DNA from: a virus
Taxonomy: Duplodnaviria > Caudoviricetes
Reading direction: 5' to 3' (one strand)
Virus record (IMG/VR): IMGVR_UViG_3300025387_000066
Coordinates: 1-25,583 of that record
DNA length: 25,583 nt
Shown here: one piece after another, positions 24,195-25,583 of the stretch
Position numbering within the stretch: the stretch's first letter is position 1
Layout of the letters: every line of letters begins with the position of its first letter
Translations under genes and position numbers: made by a program
Notes under the pieces: model-generated
What the model was told of the DNA's origin: nothing
Databases searched by the model: none
Seen by the model: the letters and a program-made list of their open reading frames with translations, nothing else

Positions 24195-24522
24195 AATATC
24201 AACAAAAGAAAGGGTTGCTATTTTTGAACGTGAAAGTGGCATTTGCCATTTTTGCAATCTTAAAGTGCAACCTGGTGAAGAATGGGACGTCTCTCACGAG
24301 ATACCACTAGAAATAGGAGGTGAAGATGGTGGAACTAATTTGCGGGTTGCTCATAGGACTTGTCATCGGCATCAAACTAAATCGGTGGATATTCCCAGAA
24401 TAGCCAAAACCAAGCGCCAAAAAGCAAAGCACTTGGGTGCGGTTAAAAGCAGAAACCCTCTACCAGCTGGCAGGGGGTCAAAATGGAAAAAGAAGATGGA
24501 TGGCACAGTTGTGCCTAGATAG
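24175..24522 (+). CDS. HNH endonuclease
   Basis: CHFC ... SHEIPLEIGGED...NLRVAHRTCH. Confidence 0.85.
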   Translation: MNMARRRISTKERVAIFERESGICHFCNLKVQPGEEWDVSHEIPLEIGGEDGGTNLRVAHRTCHRHQTKSVDIPRIAKTKRQKAKHLGAVKSRNPLPAGRGSKWKKKMDGTVVPR

Positions 24523-24530
24523 AAAAGGAA

Positions 24531-24869
24531 ATGGATATGAATTACGCAGACATTATGACAGCAGCAGCAGCAAAATCTAATGATTTATCAAAGACTTATG
24601 GGCAACAAGAGTCCATATATCGTAATAGCTCAGTTTTGGCTGGCATGGCAAAAGGAAAAGTAGTAGATTTACATGACACCGCAATGGCGTTGGTAGCTCA
24701 TAAATATGCAGAGCTGATTGCCAACCCAATGTTAACGGGTAGCTACATTGATTTGATCAATGCTGTTGCCCATGCAGCTACATTTAGTCCGTCATTGGAC
24801 GATTTGGATGAAGGTATCCAAAAGATCGCCCAAAAATTTGGGGCAAATGGTAGCGCAATCACGGAGTAA
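24531..24869 (+). CDS. Divergent DUF6378-like protein
   Basis: I...A......TYG ... D.AMALVAHK ... SYIDLIN spacing matches the family pattern as I recall it. Confidence 0.5.
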   Translation: MDMNYADIMTAAAAKSNDLSKTYGQQESIYRNSSVLAGMAKGKVVDLHDTAMALVAHKYAELIANPMLTGSYIDLINAVAHAATFSPSLDDLDEGIQKIAQKFGANGSAITE

Positions 24870-24871
24870 TC

Positions 24872-25507
24872 ATGAAAAAAGCTATCATTTCTGCGGTACT
24901 AGCTGCTCTAGTTTCGTCTTCTGCTGTGTCTATTAGCGAAGAAGAAACAGCTGCTGAGTTCTTCCGTAAGGATCAAGAACGAATGGGCAAAATACACGCA
25001 GAAGCTGAGTGCATTATGTTTTGCCAATCATTCTATGGGGAGCAGGATTTTTCTGCTCCCAAAACAAAAGTCACATCAATGATTGTGGCTGAAACTGAGC
25101 AGAAGATTGGTAAACGTTGGGTAACAACCATGCTATCGATCGCAAAGGTTGAAAGCAGCTACCAATGTAATGCAGTAGGCCCACGCCTTGGTAAGGGCCA
25201 TCATGGTGAAAGAGCTATGGGTATATTCCAAGTTCTTCCTTCATCGGCTCGTCAGTTAGGTTATTCAGGCTCTAAATCTGAGCTTCTTAGCTGCTCCAAG
25301 GGTATTGAAATAGGATTAGCCCACGCCAAACGCTGCCTTGATTGGGGCGTTAAATCACCTGCTGAAATGGCTTCTTGCCATGTGGCAGGGCCAGCTTGGA
25401 ACTATCCATTAAAGCGCAGACACGAAAACTACAAACGCAAGTATGTAAGTATGGTGCTTCACCGCTCCAGACGTGTTGTAACTGGGGAGTTATATGCGAA
25501 GAAATAA
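24872..25507 (+). CDS. Lytic transglycosylase (SLT domain) with N-terminal signal/SAR segment
   Basis: MKK followed by a hydrophobic helix; IAKVESS catalytic Glu; AMGIFQVLP. Confidence 0.85.
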   Translation: MKKAIISAVLAALVSSSAVSISEEETAAEFFRKDQERMGKIHAEAECIMFCQSFYGEQDFSAPKTKVTSMIVAETEQKIGKRWVTTMLSIAKVESSYQCNAVGPRLGKGHHGERAMGIFQVLPSSARQLGYSGSKSELLSCSKGIEIGLAHAKRCLDWGVKSPAEMASCHVAGPAWNYPLKRRHENYKRKYVSMVLHRSRRVVTGELYAKK

Positions 25508-25583
25508 TAATATATATAAAGATAAAATTATAGCTATGTGGCATCAAGACTATACATCAGGCCAAATAGCAAAGGAACTGGGC
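25494..25583 (+). CDS. GcrA-like regulator, N-terminal fragment (runs off window)
   Basis: GGGGAG SD; MRRNNNIYKDKIIAMWHQDYTSGQIAKELG matches the GcrA N-terminal W-x3-(L/Y)-(S/T)-x2-QIAxELG pattern. Confidence 0.6.
   Translation, partial: MRRNNNIYKDKIIAMWHQDYTSGQIAKELG

Noticed and set aside
24175-24522. HNH as intron- or intein-borne homing element
   Set aside because: Free-standing short gene coupled to its neighbours; no interrupted host gene is visible.

Overview
This is a 25.6-kb segment of a tailed dsDNA phage, probably infecting an alphaproteobacterium (partial GcrA-like gene, DnaA C-terminal-domain protein, strong GANTC scarcity by eye). A divergent promoter pair at ~21.78 kb drives two arms. 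The rightward arm is a recombination/early arm: Gp157, Rad52/Sak, SSB, HNH, degenerate DUF6378, lytic transglycosylase and a GcrA-like gene. The leftward arm carries Cro-like HTH, RusA, DnaA-C, a DUF1376 initiator with iteron-like repeats, SF2 helicase, Zn-TOPRIM primase, ParB-methyltransferase, TerS, TerL, a run of small accessory genes and the portal. The 'empty' first 3.5 kb of the ORF track is one open minus-strand frame of at least 1163 codons, coupled to the portal stop and running off the window. It is a multi-module protein whose modules (Pro-rich linker, M15 peptidase, beta-rich module, large EEIQSD-containing region) are separated by recurrent di-glycine motifs, suggesting a processed virion-cargo polyprotein. 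Also visible are an antisense sRNA over the initiator leader, a four-way-junction RNA candidate ahead of the portal operon, duplicated operator-promoter-leader cassettes and several small membrane ORFs missed by the track. No tRNA, CRISPR array, integrase or CI-type repressor was seen. All family assignments come from motif recognition, not database searches.
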